Assembly (NCBI RefSeq): GCF_006345805.1 | Contig: NC_043004.1 | Coordinates: 60,512,001 to 60,576,000, forward strand | DNA from: Octopus sinensis | Taxonomy: Eukaryota | DNA length: 64,000 bases | Direction: 5' to 3' | Shown here: positions 12,617-25,151 of the stretch, piece after piece | How positions within the stretch are numbered: position 1 is the stretch's first letter | Layout of the letters: each line of letters begins with the position of its first letter | Position numbers and translations under genes: made by a program | Notes under the pieces: model-generated | What the model was told of the DNA's origin: nothing | Database searches by the model: none | What the model saw: only the letters and a program-made list of their open reading frames with translations

Positions 12617-13842
12617 TACTCGGTATTCTGGCAAAATTTCATAGTTTACATAGCTGGGAAATAAAACACAATTCCATCCCAAAATAATAGTATTATAAAA
12701 CAATATAAAACAACTAATAACCAGAATGTGGTCGGATATAACAGTTCACTCGAAGTATGTTATGTTTCAGACCGCTGTTAATGTTGTTTTTATGTTTCAA
12801 GCAATGACTATTCCACAAGAACAAGGTACAAAGTGTGTCTTGGTTCATCGAAGGAAAGTCGAATATTCAAACACAAGGAAATTACACACCTAATTATATA
12901 AACCAAGCTGCAGCACGCTTTTGCATCTGGCATAAGCAATTTATGGAAACGGGGATAGTTGTGCATGAACCGAGGACCGAAAGGCCGAGAACATCTGAAG
13001 ATGATACTGAGCGCATCCGTTAGACATTTCAACATTCCCCATCTAAGTCCATCTGTACTGCTTCTGCTCAAATGCCACTACCGAGGTCACAGTTCATAAG
13101 TACTCCATAATCTGAAGTTTTATGTCTATAAAATTCCGTTATCACAAGCAATTTAGTTAAATGGCAAACGGCAACTGAAGGAATTTGCTATCGCAATTCT
13201 GCCAAAAAGTTAACAAATTCAAAGAAACAATTGATTTAATTATTAGTATTTAGTGTACAGATGTGACAACATTCTATGTGCCTGGAAAACTTAACAAGTA
13301 TAATGCAAGACATTGGGGATCGGAAAATTCCCACATAAACAAGGAAATCAAATGTGATAGCCCGAAGGTAATGTGTGGTGCGGGATGTTGTAGAACAAAG
13401 TTATTGGTATATATTTTTTTTATGTTTGAAAAAGACAATAACAACGGACACTTACCTTGATGTTCTAACATAATGCGTTGTGCCATAACTGGAGGAGTTC
13501 CATCCATGTGTCATCTTTCAGTACGATGAAGCACCATCTCATTAGGGAATAAACTACCACTGAATTTTAAATGAAAGGTTTCCAGATTGCTGGAGAGAAA
13601 AGGATTGCTTGATTCATTGCTTACCCCACTTTGTTCCTCAGATATAATAACCAAAGACTTCTCCGTTTGGGGTTAAGCAAAAATATTTCGTGTTCTGCAC
13701 TGAGAAATTGCTGAGTATTGCTTAAATGTCCTTCGTGCTACGATTGGGGCCCATATATTTACTTCAAGCTTTCATCTGTACCCAGTTTCCGTCTTACTTT
13801 TAATGATTTTTTTCTATTGCCTTACTTTGTGGATACCTTGTA
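12617..13842 (+). mobile_element. Degraded Tc1/mariner-superfamily DNA transposon
   Basis: Plus-strand remnants: SWFIEGKSNIQTQGNY..IWHKQFMETGIVVHEPRTERPRTSEDDTERIR (HTH), ARHWGSENSH, DSPKV, VIFQYDEAPSH (FQQDGAPPH-like). Only degenerate TIR similarity (TACxxGGTATxC) at the ends. Confidence 0.8.
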
Positions 13843-14811
13843 TATATAGCCATATACGCTAAGAATGAACTTTAAAAATAAAAAGGAACGAAAAAACATT
13901 TAGCTCAAAGTTCAAGGAAAATAAAGTGGATATCACTGGCTTAACATAATTCAAAATCAAATATTGCTCCTGCTATATTGGTCCATTGACTTACTCCACT
14001 CTTATTAGTTATTGCTCGCAATTTCCAATGCGTGCTTGTTTACCTTTTATCAAAGTAATGACATTTTATCGTGTATTTTTTAAATAAATTTTTATTTGTC
14101 ATTCTCCAAAACCAATCAACTCAACATTTTGTGTTATATTGTCTAAGCTTGGTTTTGTTTGATTTTTGTGAATTATCTTGTTTAATTTTACCTTATTTGT
14201 TTTTCTCCTTGCCGCTAACCACTACCCACGATCATTGAATTTAAGAATAGTAATATGCTTCATATATTATAACCAGTTTGGAGACATCAGCTCGCAACAG
14301 CAAATCATTTCTATGCTGATTTTTGTAATGAAGAGCCAACACTCTTGCGGATTCTCATTGATCCGATAGGTTTGGAAAGACGCCATAATGTCGAAACGCC
14401 TGGATATCTCAAACTTTTATTATATCAACGATTCATTTGTATCATAAAAACACACGATTTAAACGAAGGAGGTGATCTCAGATGGCGAAAATCAACAACG
14501 ATCAGCATACTGGCGTTCGAATCCTCGAGAATATGTACAGAATGAAAATATGTGTTATTGCCCAGCTCTTCACTGTTATGGGCGCCAGCCATGAAATACT
14601 GAAAAGGCGTTGATCGATAACATCGATACCAGTAGCTGGCTGGTACGTAATTTTATTGACCTTTGTTAGAAACCTCACAATATGAATGTGCAAAGCTGAT
14701 ATCACAGTGGTATGAATTTACTTATATGTTGCGATGACTTATGTCTGACGTTTTTGACTTTGCTATCAAGTTAATATATTATTTGAAGCAATGTGTACAC
14801 ATTTTTATATA

Positions 14812-15053
14812 CTCTTTACTCTTTACTCTCTTTTACCTGTTTCAGTCATTTGACTGCAGCCATGCTGAAGCACGACCTTTAGCCGAGCAAATCGAAGCCA
14901 GAACTTATTCTTTGTAAGCCTAGTACTTATTCTATCGGTTTCTTTTATTGAACTGTTAAGTTACGGGGACGTAAACACACCAACATCTGTTGTCAAGCGA
15001 TGCTGGGGGACAAACACAGACACATACATACATACGCACACACACACAGACAC

Positions 15054-15084
<31 letters not shown>

Positions 15085-15242
15085 CGATGGGCTTCTTACA
15101 TTTTCCGTCTACCAAATTCACTCAGAAGGCTTTGGCTGACCCGGACCTATAGTAGAAGACACCTGCCCAAGGTGGCACGCAGTGAGACTGAACTCAGAGA
15201 CATGTGCTTGGTAAGCAATCTACTTAACACACACCCACTCCC
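14812..15242 (-). mobile_element. tRNA-derived CORE-like SINE (type B)
   Basis: Reverse complement of the family at 41641 and 46976: CCTTGGGCAGGTGTCTT core, internal CA/TA microsatellite, GAAACAGGTAAAAGAG tail. Confidence 0.9.
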
Positions 15243-16320
15243 GCACGGATTCAAGAGAATCTGAGCGTGTCAAAAGGTACGACTCCAGGAATGGTTAGTT
15301 ACCACAGCATAGAGTTTAGAGTAAGGCAAAACAATAATGAAGGTATCGAGGATTTGCCAGATGCTGTAGATCCGCAAGTACCAACAAAATCCGTAGACCC
15401 GATTCCGCGGTTGAATCCAGGTGTGGCATAGATATTAAAAGCGGATACACATGTCGTTCGAAATTTACGACAGATATGTTCATAGATTATATCTTAACAA
15501 ATTAACCCCCCCCCATCTTTAGTTAACATATAAGATTTCATACACCGGACCTGCGAAATTCAACGTTGGTTAAATGGCTCTTTAATAAAGCCGAATCTCT
15601 GAAACAAATACCTCACACACACATTCACTCACACGCACTCTTACACACAAGCACACATAAACACATACACAGACACATATATATGTACATCTCTCGCTCC
15701 ATCTCGCTCTCTCTCTCTTTCTCTCCATATACATATATATATATTTTTATATTCTACATTATATTCACTGATTACCTTTCATTCGACTCGATTAATTCAA
15801 CCAAGGATTTGATGAATGTGAATATTGACCATTCCAAGTTACATCACGTAAGTTAATCATTATTTCTTAACAGGGCACAAGATCATTTTTAGCTGATATA
15901 GTATATACCAACTGAGACTATACACATCGATTACTGGATAAGATAGAAAGAAATCACGCATGCAACGGCCATAGTGTATCATCTAATATTAAACTTGTTC
16001 TAAATCAAAACATTTATGAATAAAATAATACTGGTAATTAACTGTAGACGGTATCCACAGGGTACTAAATTCTTGTGTCTCTTTAGGAATGGGGAGTAAA
16101 TCGTTAGCTCACCGCATAGTTTTGTGTGAAGAAAGATGGGGAAATGATCGCCATCACCACCATACACACACATACACACACACGCACACACGCGCACACA
16201 CATATATGTATAAGTAATTTTAAGATATATTGATTTTAAAAATTACGATATTACTCCTCTTATTATAACTTTCTCATACCTCAGTTTATATTTTATCTAA
16301 TATGAATAATATAATGCATC

Positions 16321-16352
<32 letters not shown>

Positions 16353-16906
16353 GCCCTGATGCAGTACCAGGCAGTGGCTCTCATGGCTTCTGATCTTAAC
16401 TGATTGGAAGTGTTATCATGTACATTGTTTTGTCTTGGTATAAAAGATGGGCTACAGCAAATATTCTGCTCAATACTACAGATTTGCTTGTCAGTTGCTT
16501 GACCTTAACCCGTTGAGCATGTCCCTTAGTGGCTGACGATATGTGCATCTCTGATCACGAGCAGAAGAAGTGGGGGAGCATCATAGCCATGTGTTGAGAA
16601 GGATTCTTTGGGGTTTGAATAATTCACCTCTGGAAACATGGGTGTTTCGTTCAACGTCCTTAAACAACCCTTATTCAGGGACCGTTTGAGCGGGATGGGT
16701 TACTCGATCTGAAGAAAATTCTAACTGGGCTCCACCTGCAAGGTCATGTGCTGTTTATCTTGATATGAGATCACCATGTCGCGCACATATGGTTGTGATG
16801 CATGTGCCTGGTGTACCTTTATCAGACGGGTAGTCATGATGGGTATACTGGGCTTCGTATATTTTACCCCAGTGTCACTTTGTTGGCATGCTCCGCTCGC
16901 TCACTC
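16353..16906 (+). mobile_element. Unclassified ~555-bp (AAT)n-flanked retroposon-like element X, full-length copy
   Basis: GCCCTGATGCAGTACCAGG...CTCACTC then AATAAT. Homologous to 36650, 37259, 54843 and 55449. Confidence 0.85.
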
Positions 16907-16966
<60 letters not shown>

Positions 16967-18822
16967 CCCCATTAGAAGAGGAATATTCCAGGGAGACAGG
17001 CTCTCTCCACTCCTTCTCTGCTTGGCACTGTCACCTCTATCTGATATGCTAAATAGAACTGGATGCGGATATAAATGTTACGGCAAAACGATCGGCCACA
17101 TTTTATATATGGATGACCTAAAACTATACTCTGCAAATGACAAACAGCTGGAAACACTATAAAAAAAGTTCATGGATTTACCAAAGAAATAGATATGAAA
17201 TTTGGATTAGAAAAATGCGCCAAAGTAACCCTGAAAAGAGGAAAACTAGTTAAGAATAGCAACATCACACTAGATAAAACCAATGAAATAAAAGAAATAG
17301 ACCAAAGCCAAACTTACAAATACTTAGGAATCCATGAACTAGATAAGACACAACACACACAAATGAAAGAGAAAATAAAAAAAGAATATTATAGACGAGT
17401 TAGATCAATACTAAAAACAGAGCTCAATGCTAAAAACAAGATAATAGGTATTAACACTTTAGCTGTCCCAGTTACTACAATATCCTTAACTGGACACTAA
17501 ATGAACTGACCAAAATAGATAGGAAAACAAGAAAAATAATGACAGGATCTAGGATGCATCACCCAAAATCTGACATAGAAAGACTATATATACAACGTAT
17601 AGAAGGTGGTAGAGGCCTTATACAGCTGGAAAACTACTATAAAATAACCACCATAGGACTGCAAAAATATCTACTTCAGAAGGAAGGAAAACTGATACAA
17701 ATGGCGGCAAAACACGAGCAAAACAAAAAAACTGTTCTCAGTACATAAGGAAGCTGACAAATACAAACAAGAAATCATACCACCTAATAAATATGAAGAA
17801 GAAGAAGAAGAAGAGAAGAAGAAGAAGAAGAAGAAGAAGAAGAAGAAGAAGAAGAAGAAGAAGAAGAAGAAGAAGAAGAAGAAGAAGAAGAAGAAGAAAA
17901 TGAAGAAACAACAAAATTTATAAGACAAATGAAATGCAAACTAAAACTAGAACAGCAACGAACCATGATAAAACGATGGCAAGAAAAGCCCCTTCATGGT
18001 AAATACTGGACTAAACTAAATGCAAAAGAAATAGACAAAGAAAAATCCCAGCAATGGTTGAGAAGCTCAGGACTCAAAGCAGAGACAGAGGGATTTTTAA
18101 TTGTAGCACAAGACCAAAGCCTCCCCACCAAAAATTACCAAAAACATGTAATGAAAAGAAATATAACAAATAACTGCAGAATATGTGGAGATAGACAAGA
18201 AACAATAAATCATATTATCTCTGGTTGCCCAGTCCTGGCTAAGAAGGAATATATTCACAGACATGACAGAGTTGGAACCTATATACACTGGAAGCTATGC
18301 CAACATTATGGAATGACAACAGAAAAAATATAGTATAGGCACACACCAGAAAAGGTCACAGAAAACGAGAAAGCAACCATACTCTGGGATATGCCGATAC
18401 ACACAGATAGAGAAATTAAGGCCAACAGACCAGATATAGTTTTCAGAGATCATGAAGAAAAAAAATGCTTTCTGATTGATGTATCAATACCGGCAGATGA
18501 CAACGTGTCTCTAGAAGAAATGGAGAAACTCTCAAAATACAAAGACCTGGAAATAGAGGTAACCAGAATGTGGAATCTAAAAACAGAGACAATTCCTATC
18601 ATAGTAAGTGCATTAGGCATGATAAAAATATATTCAGACAAATACATAACAGAGACACCAGGACTTACAAACACATATAACATACAGAAAATTGCACTAC
18701 TGGGCACTGCCCACATCCTACGCAAAACACTTTCAATACAGTAACCATCAGAGCATCACAACAAATCACAGCACATACCCAAGGCACACAGAGCTGCACT
18801 CAGTAGTGAAGTGAAATCGTGC
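16967..18822 (+). mobile_element. 5'-truncated R4/Dong-like non-LTR retrotransposon (RT C-terminus, CCHC finger, restriction-like endonuclease)
   Basis: PIRRGIFQGDRLSPLL, HILYMDDLKLYS, KFGLEKCAK, YKYLGI, CRICGDRQETINHIISGC..RHDRVG, ANRPDIV..FLIDVSIP..KLSKYKDL, QKIALLGTAHILRK. Premature stops, frameshifts and a (GAA)n expansion at ~17795-17903. Begins directly after (AAT)n. Confidence 0.92.
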
Positions 18823-19859
18823 TCAGATAGCCGCCTTGACCAAAGCAGCCCAGTTTATCTTCGTAATAGAAAGGTTATGTTTCCATAATAATCCTACGAA
18901 AGTTAAAGATGCATAAGGCCGAATCAAACTGTTTTAAATAATATCAATAGCAAGTTTATACAAATTGAAACACTTAAGGAAGAGATTAATTAGAAGTGAT
19001 CTGGGAGAGGTACGTTTCAAATGCAAGGACATTGAGGATACTAGACTGTAACTTTTTTCATGGCTGATATGAAAGTTGTAGTCAAAGTGAATGCAGCTTA
19101 AAATGCATACGATATGTTTGAGGAACTAAATATTTATTAGAATACTCGAAAAATATTTCTAATTGGATAACAAACAGTTTCAATTATCAGAAATGAAATC
19201 AGACTATTAAAAAGCTTAATTTAAAACAACGTAAATCACATTATTTGATGTGCATGATAATGCTAATGTGAAAGTAAAGCTTCTTAAAAGTACAGAAAGT
19301 AGTGTGTGAAGATTTATACAAAAATAACTAAAAATCTGACCATTATATACGCGGAAGCACAAACACAATATATATAAATATACATAAATAAATATGAACA
19401 AATATGTGTGCGTGTGTGTACACACACAAGTGGTATAACGGTCTTATCAGAGTACTAGTTTATTTAAATCTATTTTAGCAAAATAATACAGAACTAGAGC
19501 AAAACATATGTAAATAGCTAAGAGATTAAGAGAGGCATTAAAATTTACGTCAGAAACACGAGGCTATGAGCCACGTATATTCCTGACGTGAATGTACAAA
19601 TATAATTGTTGAAGGCATATGTGCATTCGAGATTGTGCGAACCGCCATTTTAATTATTTTTGAACCATAACAACGAAGCGTATAATAAACTTCAGCCATC
19701 TTGCCTCTCTCTCTCTCTCTCCCTGTATCCCTCGCTCCGTCTCTCCCTCACTCCCTCTTTCTCTCTTTTGGTCTATTTTTATTTTTTCGTTTCTTTAACT
19801 CTACTTTCTTTGACAAATTCTCCGTTCCAGTCTCACTTTCTTTTCGTTCTCTGATAATC

Positions 19860-20068
19860 CGTGTATCACTCTATCTACGTATCTATCTATCTATTTATCT
19901 ATCTATGTATCTATCTGTTTGTGTATCTATCTAACTATCTATCTAGTTATCTATCTCTCTATGTATCTGTCTGTCTGTTTATCTGTGTGTTTGTCTGTCT
20001 ATCTATCTGTCTATCAGGCAATCTCTCTCTCTCTTTCTCTCTCTCTGTCTATCTATCCATCTACCTAC

Positions 20069-20143
<75 letters not shown>

Positions 20144-20170
20144 ACTATCTATCTATCTATCTATCTAATT
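19860..20170. repeat. (TATC)n/(TGTC)n compound microsatellite
   Basis: Direct inspection. Explains the YLSI-repeat ORFs. Confidence 0.95.
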
Positions 20171-20629
20171 AGCAAGCTAGCTCCAAATGATTTCAGTCAG
20201 TACATTCCCTCTTCTTCCTTCCCTCTCTCCCTCCCGCAAACTCTCCCTCTGTCTATCTGTCTATATGTCTCTCTCTTTCTCTCTCGCTCGCTATCACTTT
20301 CTTGGTTTCTCTTTTGTTTTTTACATAGGTTTTCTCCTCGTTTCTTTTCCGTTTTCTTTCTCTCCTCTCATCTTTCTCTCCCCACTTCCCTTTTTTCTTC
20401 TCAGTCTCCTCCCATACAGAATATTTTCTTTCTAACACTTTCAACTTTTTTTTGTATTAATATCTCTCTCCCTCTCTCTCTCTCTCTTCCCTGAGGATAC
20501 AACTCAAAATAAAAGCAACCTATAAATGAAGATGGCATTTCGATACAACTGAATTTTCAATTGTCTGTTGAACATCAAATGTTTGCAACCAACCATGATT
20601 AAGTAAAAGTACATAAGAAAAAAACGTGC

Positions 20630-20701
20630 AAGTAGCAGCAGCGGCAACGGTAGTAACTAGTAGTAGCATCAGTAGCAGCACCATTAACAGTAGTAGTTGT
20701 T

Positions 20702-20742
<41 letters not shown>

Positions 20743-20981
20743 CGTGGTAGTAGTAGTAGTAGTGGTAGTAGTAGTAGTAGTAAGAGGTGGAGGAGGGGCG
20801 TAGGAGTGATGGTGTTGCTGGGTGTGGTAGTGATGTGAGTAGTAATGGTAGTAATAGTAATAGTGGTCGTTAGTGGTGGTGGTAGCAGAGGTGGTGGCGT
20901 TGCTGGTGGTAGCTGCTATTCTTTTGATGGTGGTAGTCGTGTTCGTGGTCGTAGTGTTGGTAGTTACAGCAGCAGCAGTAA

Positions 20982-21025
<44 letters not shown>

Positions 21026-21336
21026 GTAGTAGTAGTAGTTGTTGTAGTAGTAGTAGTAGCAATAGTAGTAGTACTTGTAGTAATAGTAGATATTTTTGTT
21101 GTAGCAGCAGCAATGGAAGTAATAAAAATAGTAGTAATACTAGTAATAGTAGTAGTAGCGGCTGCAACAACAGCAGTAGTAGTAGTAGCAGCAGCAGTAG
21201 CAATAGTAGTAGTAGTAGTAGTAGTTGTAACAGTAGTAGTAGTAGCAGCTACAACAACAGCAGTAGTAACAGCAGCAGTAGTAACAGCAGCAGTAGTAGT
21301 CGTAGCTGTTGTAGCAGTAATAGTCGTAGCTGCTGT

Positions 21337-21405
<69 letters not shown>

Positions 21406-21450
21406 TTTTTGTCGTTGATGTTGTTTTAAAAGCAGCAGCAGTAGCGGTAG
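20630..21450. repeat. (AGT)n/(AGC)n/(GGT) compound trinucleotide array
   Basis: Direct inspection. Gives stop-free Thr/Ala, Ser, Val and Leu homopolymer ORFs on both strands. Confidence 0.95.
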
Positions 21451-23307
21451 TAGTTTTAGTCTGCTAAGTGTATTGTAACAGAAACGGAACATGTCAAACA
21501 AATGTCGCTTAAGGGCGTGAAAACGGTGAAGTGAACGATGGGTCGTTTAAGGCAATCGACGTTCCGACTTTTTACGTATAATTCTTTTCTTTGTTATTCT
21601 GTCGCCATTACCTCCGGTCATGATCCATCTCATTCCTGTTCTTCATTCTCTTTCGTTCATCCTCTTTCTCTATGTCTTTTTCCCACAATCATTCCCTCCT
21701 CTCTCTCTCTCTCTCTCTCTCAATGTCACTTTCTCCTTCCCTTTTCCTCCTACTTTCTCTTTCACTATACATTAAACTCTACAAACTTATTCGTTCCTAT
21801 AATGTGTTCTCCGCACTAATACTATAAAATTCGTATTTGTTTTTAAATTAATTCTTTTCATGCTTTTATTTTACTCACAAATTTGTTTATTTTTTTACTT
21901 CGTTTAAACCTCCAATTGTTTCTTTAAGCCTTTCTCCTTTCATTTTCTTTTTCTTTTTTTTTCTTGTCATTCGAATCCAAAATATATTCTGTCCTTCAGA
22001 CATTATACGAACGGAAACGAGAAATAATACAGAACTACAGAGAAAAGCGAAAATAATAATAACAAGAAAACTGCAGTTTATTCTAACTGTTAGTGCATTA
22101 CTTCAGCAAAGTACTTTTAAAGTATTCAATCAATGTTAATGATAAAAACATCCTATTTTTCACTCTCCGGGAGAGATGAGCTACAGTATGACAGCAATCA
22201 CAAAACAATAACCGCTGCTACTGCTATTGCTAATAACAATTCTTTCTAATTTAGTCACAAGAGCAGGAAATTTTGAGAAAAGGCAATTCATTGACACCGA
22301 CTCCATTACAAGACTGGCACATTAATGAATAAACTCTGAAAGGGTGAAAGGTAAACTTAATCTCGATGACATTTAAATAACCATTTGATCCAGGATGGCA
22401 TTACTGCAGAAAAGTGTGTCAAGGAAATGGTGACCATACCTACCTACAGATGTAATTTCAGCGCATGGCTTCGCATCATTTTCCATGGTATGCCCTATAC
22501 AAATCAAAATAGCAAGAGTTCTATTAGCTATGTAGCTGGATTCAGCCTTTGAAGACCGACTAGAAACCAACCATGTTCAGAATAACCACCAAATATTGAC
22601 GGTGGAGCATATCGATAGCATTCGATAGATCGATATACCTCAAGCTCTAACCAATGTCAGGTTCTGTACCTACACAAACTTTCATGTATCGCGTAAGATG
22701 AAGGTGGTCATAGAAAGACTTCTGTCTGCATATCACTTACTTTTTCGCTAACTAAATATTATAGTCTGTTATCACTTTGTACCTGTGCAAGACAGACCCA
22801 TCGAACGACTTTCATGCATTCCTGCCTTATAGCCTAGTGCGTTATTTTGTCATTCCTGGAAATATCAAAACCAAAATGGAAATCGCTAGAATTTGAACCT
22901 TGATCGTGAATAGCCAGAAGAAATATCACAAAGAATTTTTTTCTAATGGACTAACGCTTCTTGGTCCTTTTTCTAATTTATTTATAAACCAGGAAATAGT
23001 TAGACGTCTAGATCTCCTTCAATAGTTAACCGGTCCATTATTTCGTTGAGTGCGAAGTGATAGAGAAAAGAGGATGGTCTCCGCATCATTTGATCTCAGA
23101 ACGTATAGAACCGAAATTAATACCGTAATTAATTTTGCCTGAAGCTCTGGCGATGCTGTAAATCCACTCTAAGAATAGCAATAAGTATTACTATACTACT
23201 ACTACTACTAGAGCTGGAAAAGAATCAACTGTTTTACCCCAGCCATGTATTTGTTTTTCGATCGCAGGCAGGTGGAGGCGTAAGGGATCTCCTTATAAAC
23301 AGCATAA

Positions 23308-23487
23308 AGGTGACGGAACGGCAGAATCGTTAGCAGCCCGGTTCTGAGTCCAAATGGCGCCAGGGTCGATTTTGCTTTTCATCCCTTTCAAGGGTCGATA
23401 AAATAAGTATCAGTTGAGCACTAGGATAAATGTTATAGACTTAACTCCCCCTCTGAAGTTACTGGACTTGTGCCAAAATATGAAACT
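23308..23487 (+). mobile_element. Diverged tRNA-derived SINE (type C)
   Basis: GGCAGAATCGTTAGCA head and TTTTCATCCCTTTCAAGGGTCGATAAAATAAGTA core, as at 58502. Confidence 0.7.
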
Positions 23488-23828
23488 ATTATAAATAGCA
23501 TTGAAAATTGTTGTTAGAAGCGCCAACGATTTCTACAAGCTGTTACTAAAAGTATGGCACATATATTTAACAAATTCCCATCTTATTACAGAATACTTAA
23601 GAATTCAAAAGTGGAAAAGTAGAGTGCGAAAGGCTGGTAGTTGCAACTTAGTATCAGGCCTTCATATATAGAAAATATCTGTTTGATCTCTTCATCTACT
23701 TGCAGGAGCACATTCTAAGAAATAAATGAAGGATAAATTGAGCAACAGAGATACTCACACACTTACGCACACACGCACACACACACACATATATATATAT
23801 ATAATATATATATATATATAATATATAT

Positions 23829-23994
23829 ATATCGTTATATTTCGGAATGGTCATATTGCCAGTTTAGCCAATAAAAACACACGCACTATATATTTGGTGT
23901 TATTTTGCTTCAGTGATATCACGGAAGCAAAATAACACCAAATATATAGTGCGTGTGTTTTTGGCAATATGACCATTCCGAAATATAACGATAT
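23829..23994. repeat. Loop-less fold-back palindrome
   Basis: Centre GTGAT|ATCAC at 23917/23918. Left arm 89 bp, right arm 77 bp (12-bp indel, 1 mismatch). Confidence 0.92.
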
Positions 23995-24059
23995 CTGTTT
24001 CAACACATGACTTCACATAAAAAATCTTGCACAACAAATATTTAAACGTATATATATAT

Positions 24060-24970
<911 letters not shown>

Positions 24971-25120
24971 TATTGTGTGGTCGAGAAAATCAAAAACAAA
25001 CAATGCACAAGCGCGAAGTTAAAAATAAAGAATTGTGACAATTTTCCCATCGCACACACACTATATACATACATATATATATATATATATGTATGTATAT
25101 ATGTCTGTATATATATATAA

Positions 25121-25151
<31 letters not shown>

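Noticed and set aside
16353-16420. HDV-like ribozyme at the 5' end of element X
   Set aside because: A P1-like pairing (GCCCTGA/TCATGGC) exists, but I could not place P3, P1.1 (GG) or P2.
19583-19645. CUGACGU-9-bp stem-GAGA hammerhead-like motif (related CTGACGTGAA at 5433 and ~49586)
   Set aside because: Two core deviations, no stem I, and the GAAA side is not conserved in the related copies.
20599-21501. 300-aa Thr/Ala-rich, mucin-like ORF
   Set aside because: Entirely an AGT/AGC microsatellite, open in several frames on both strands, with no non-repetitive domain.
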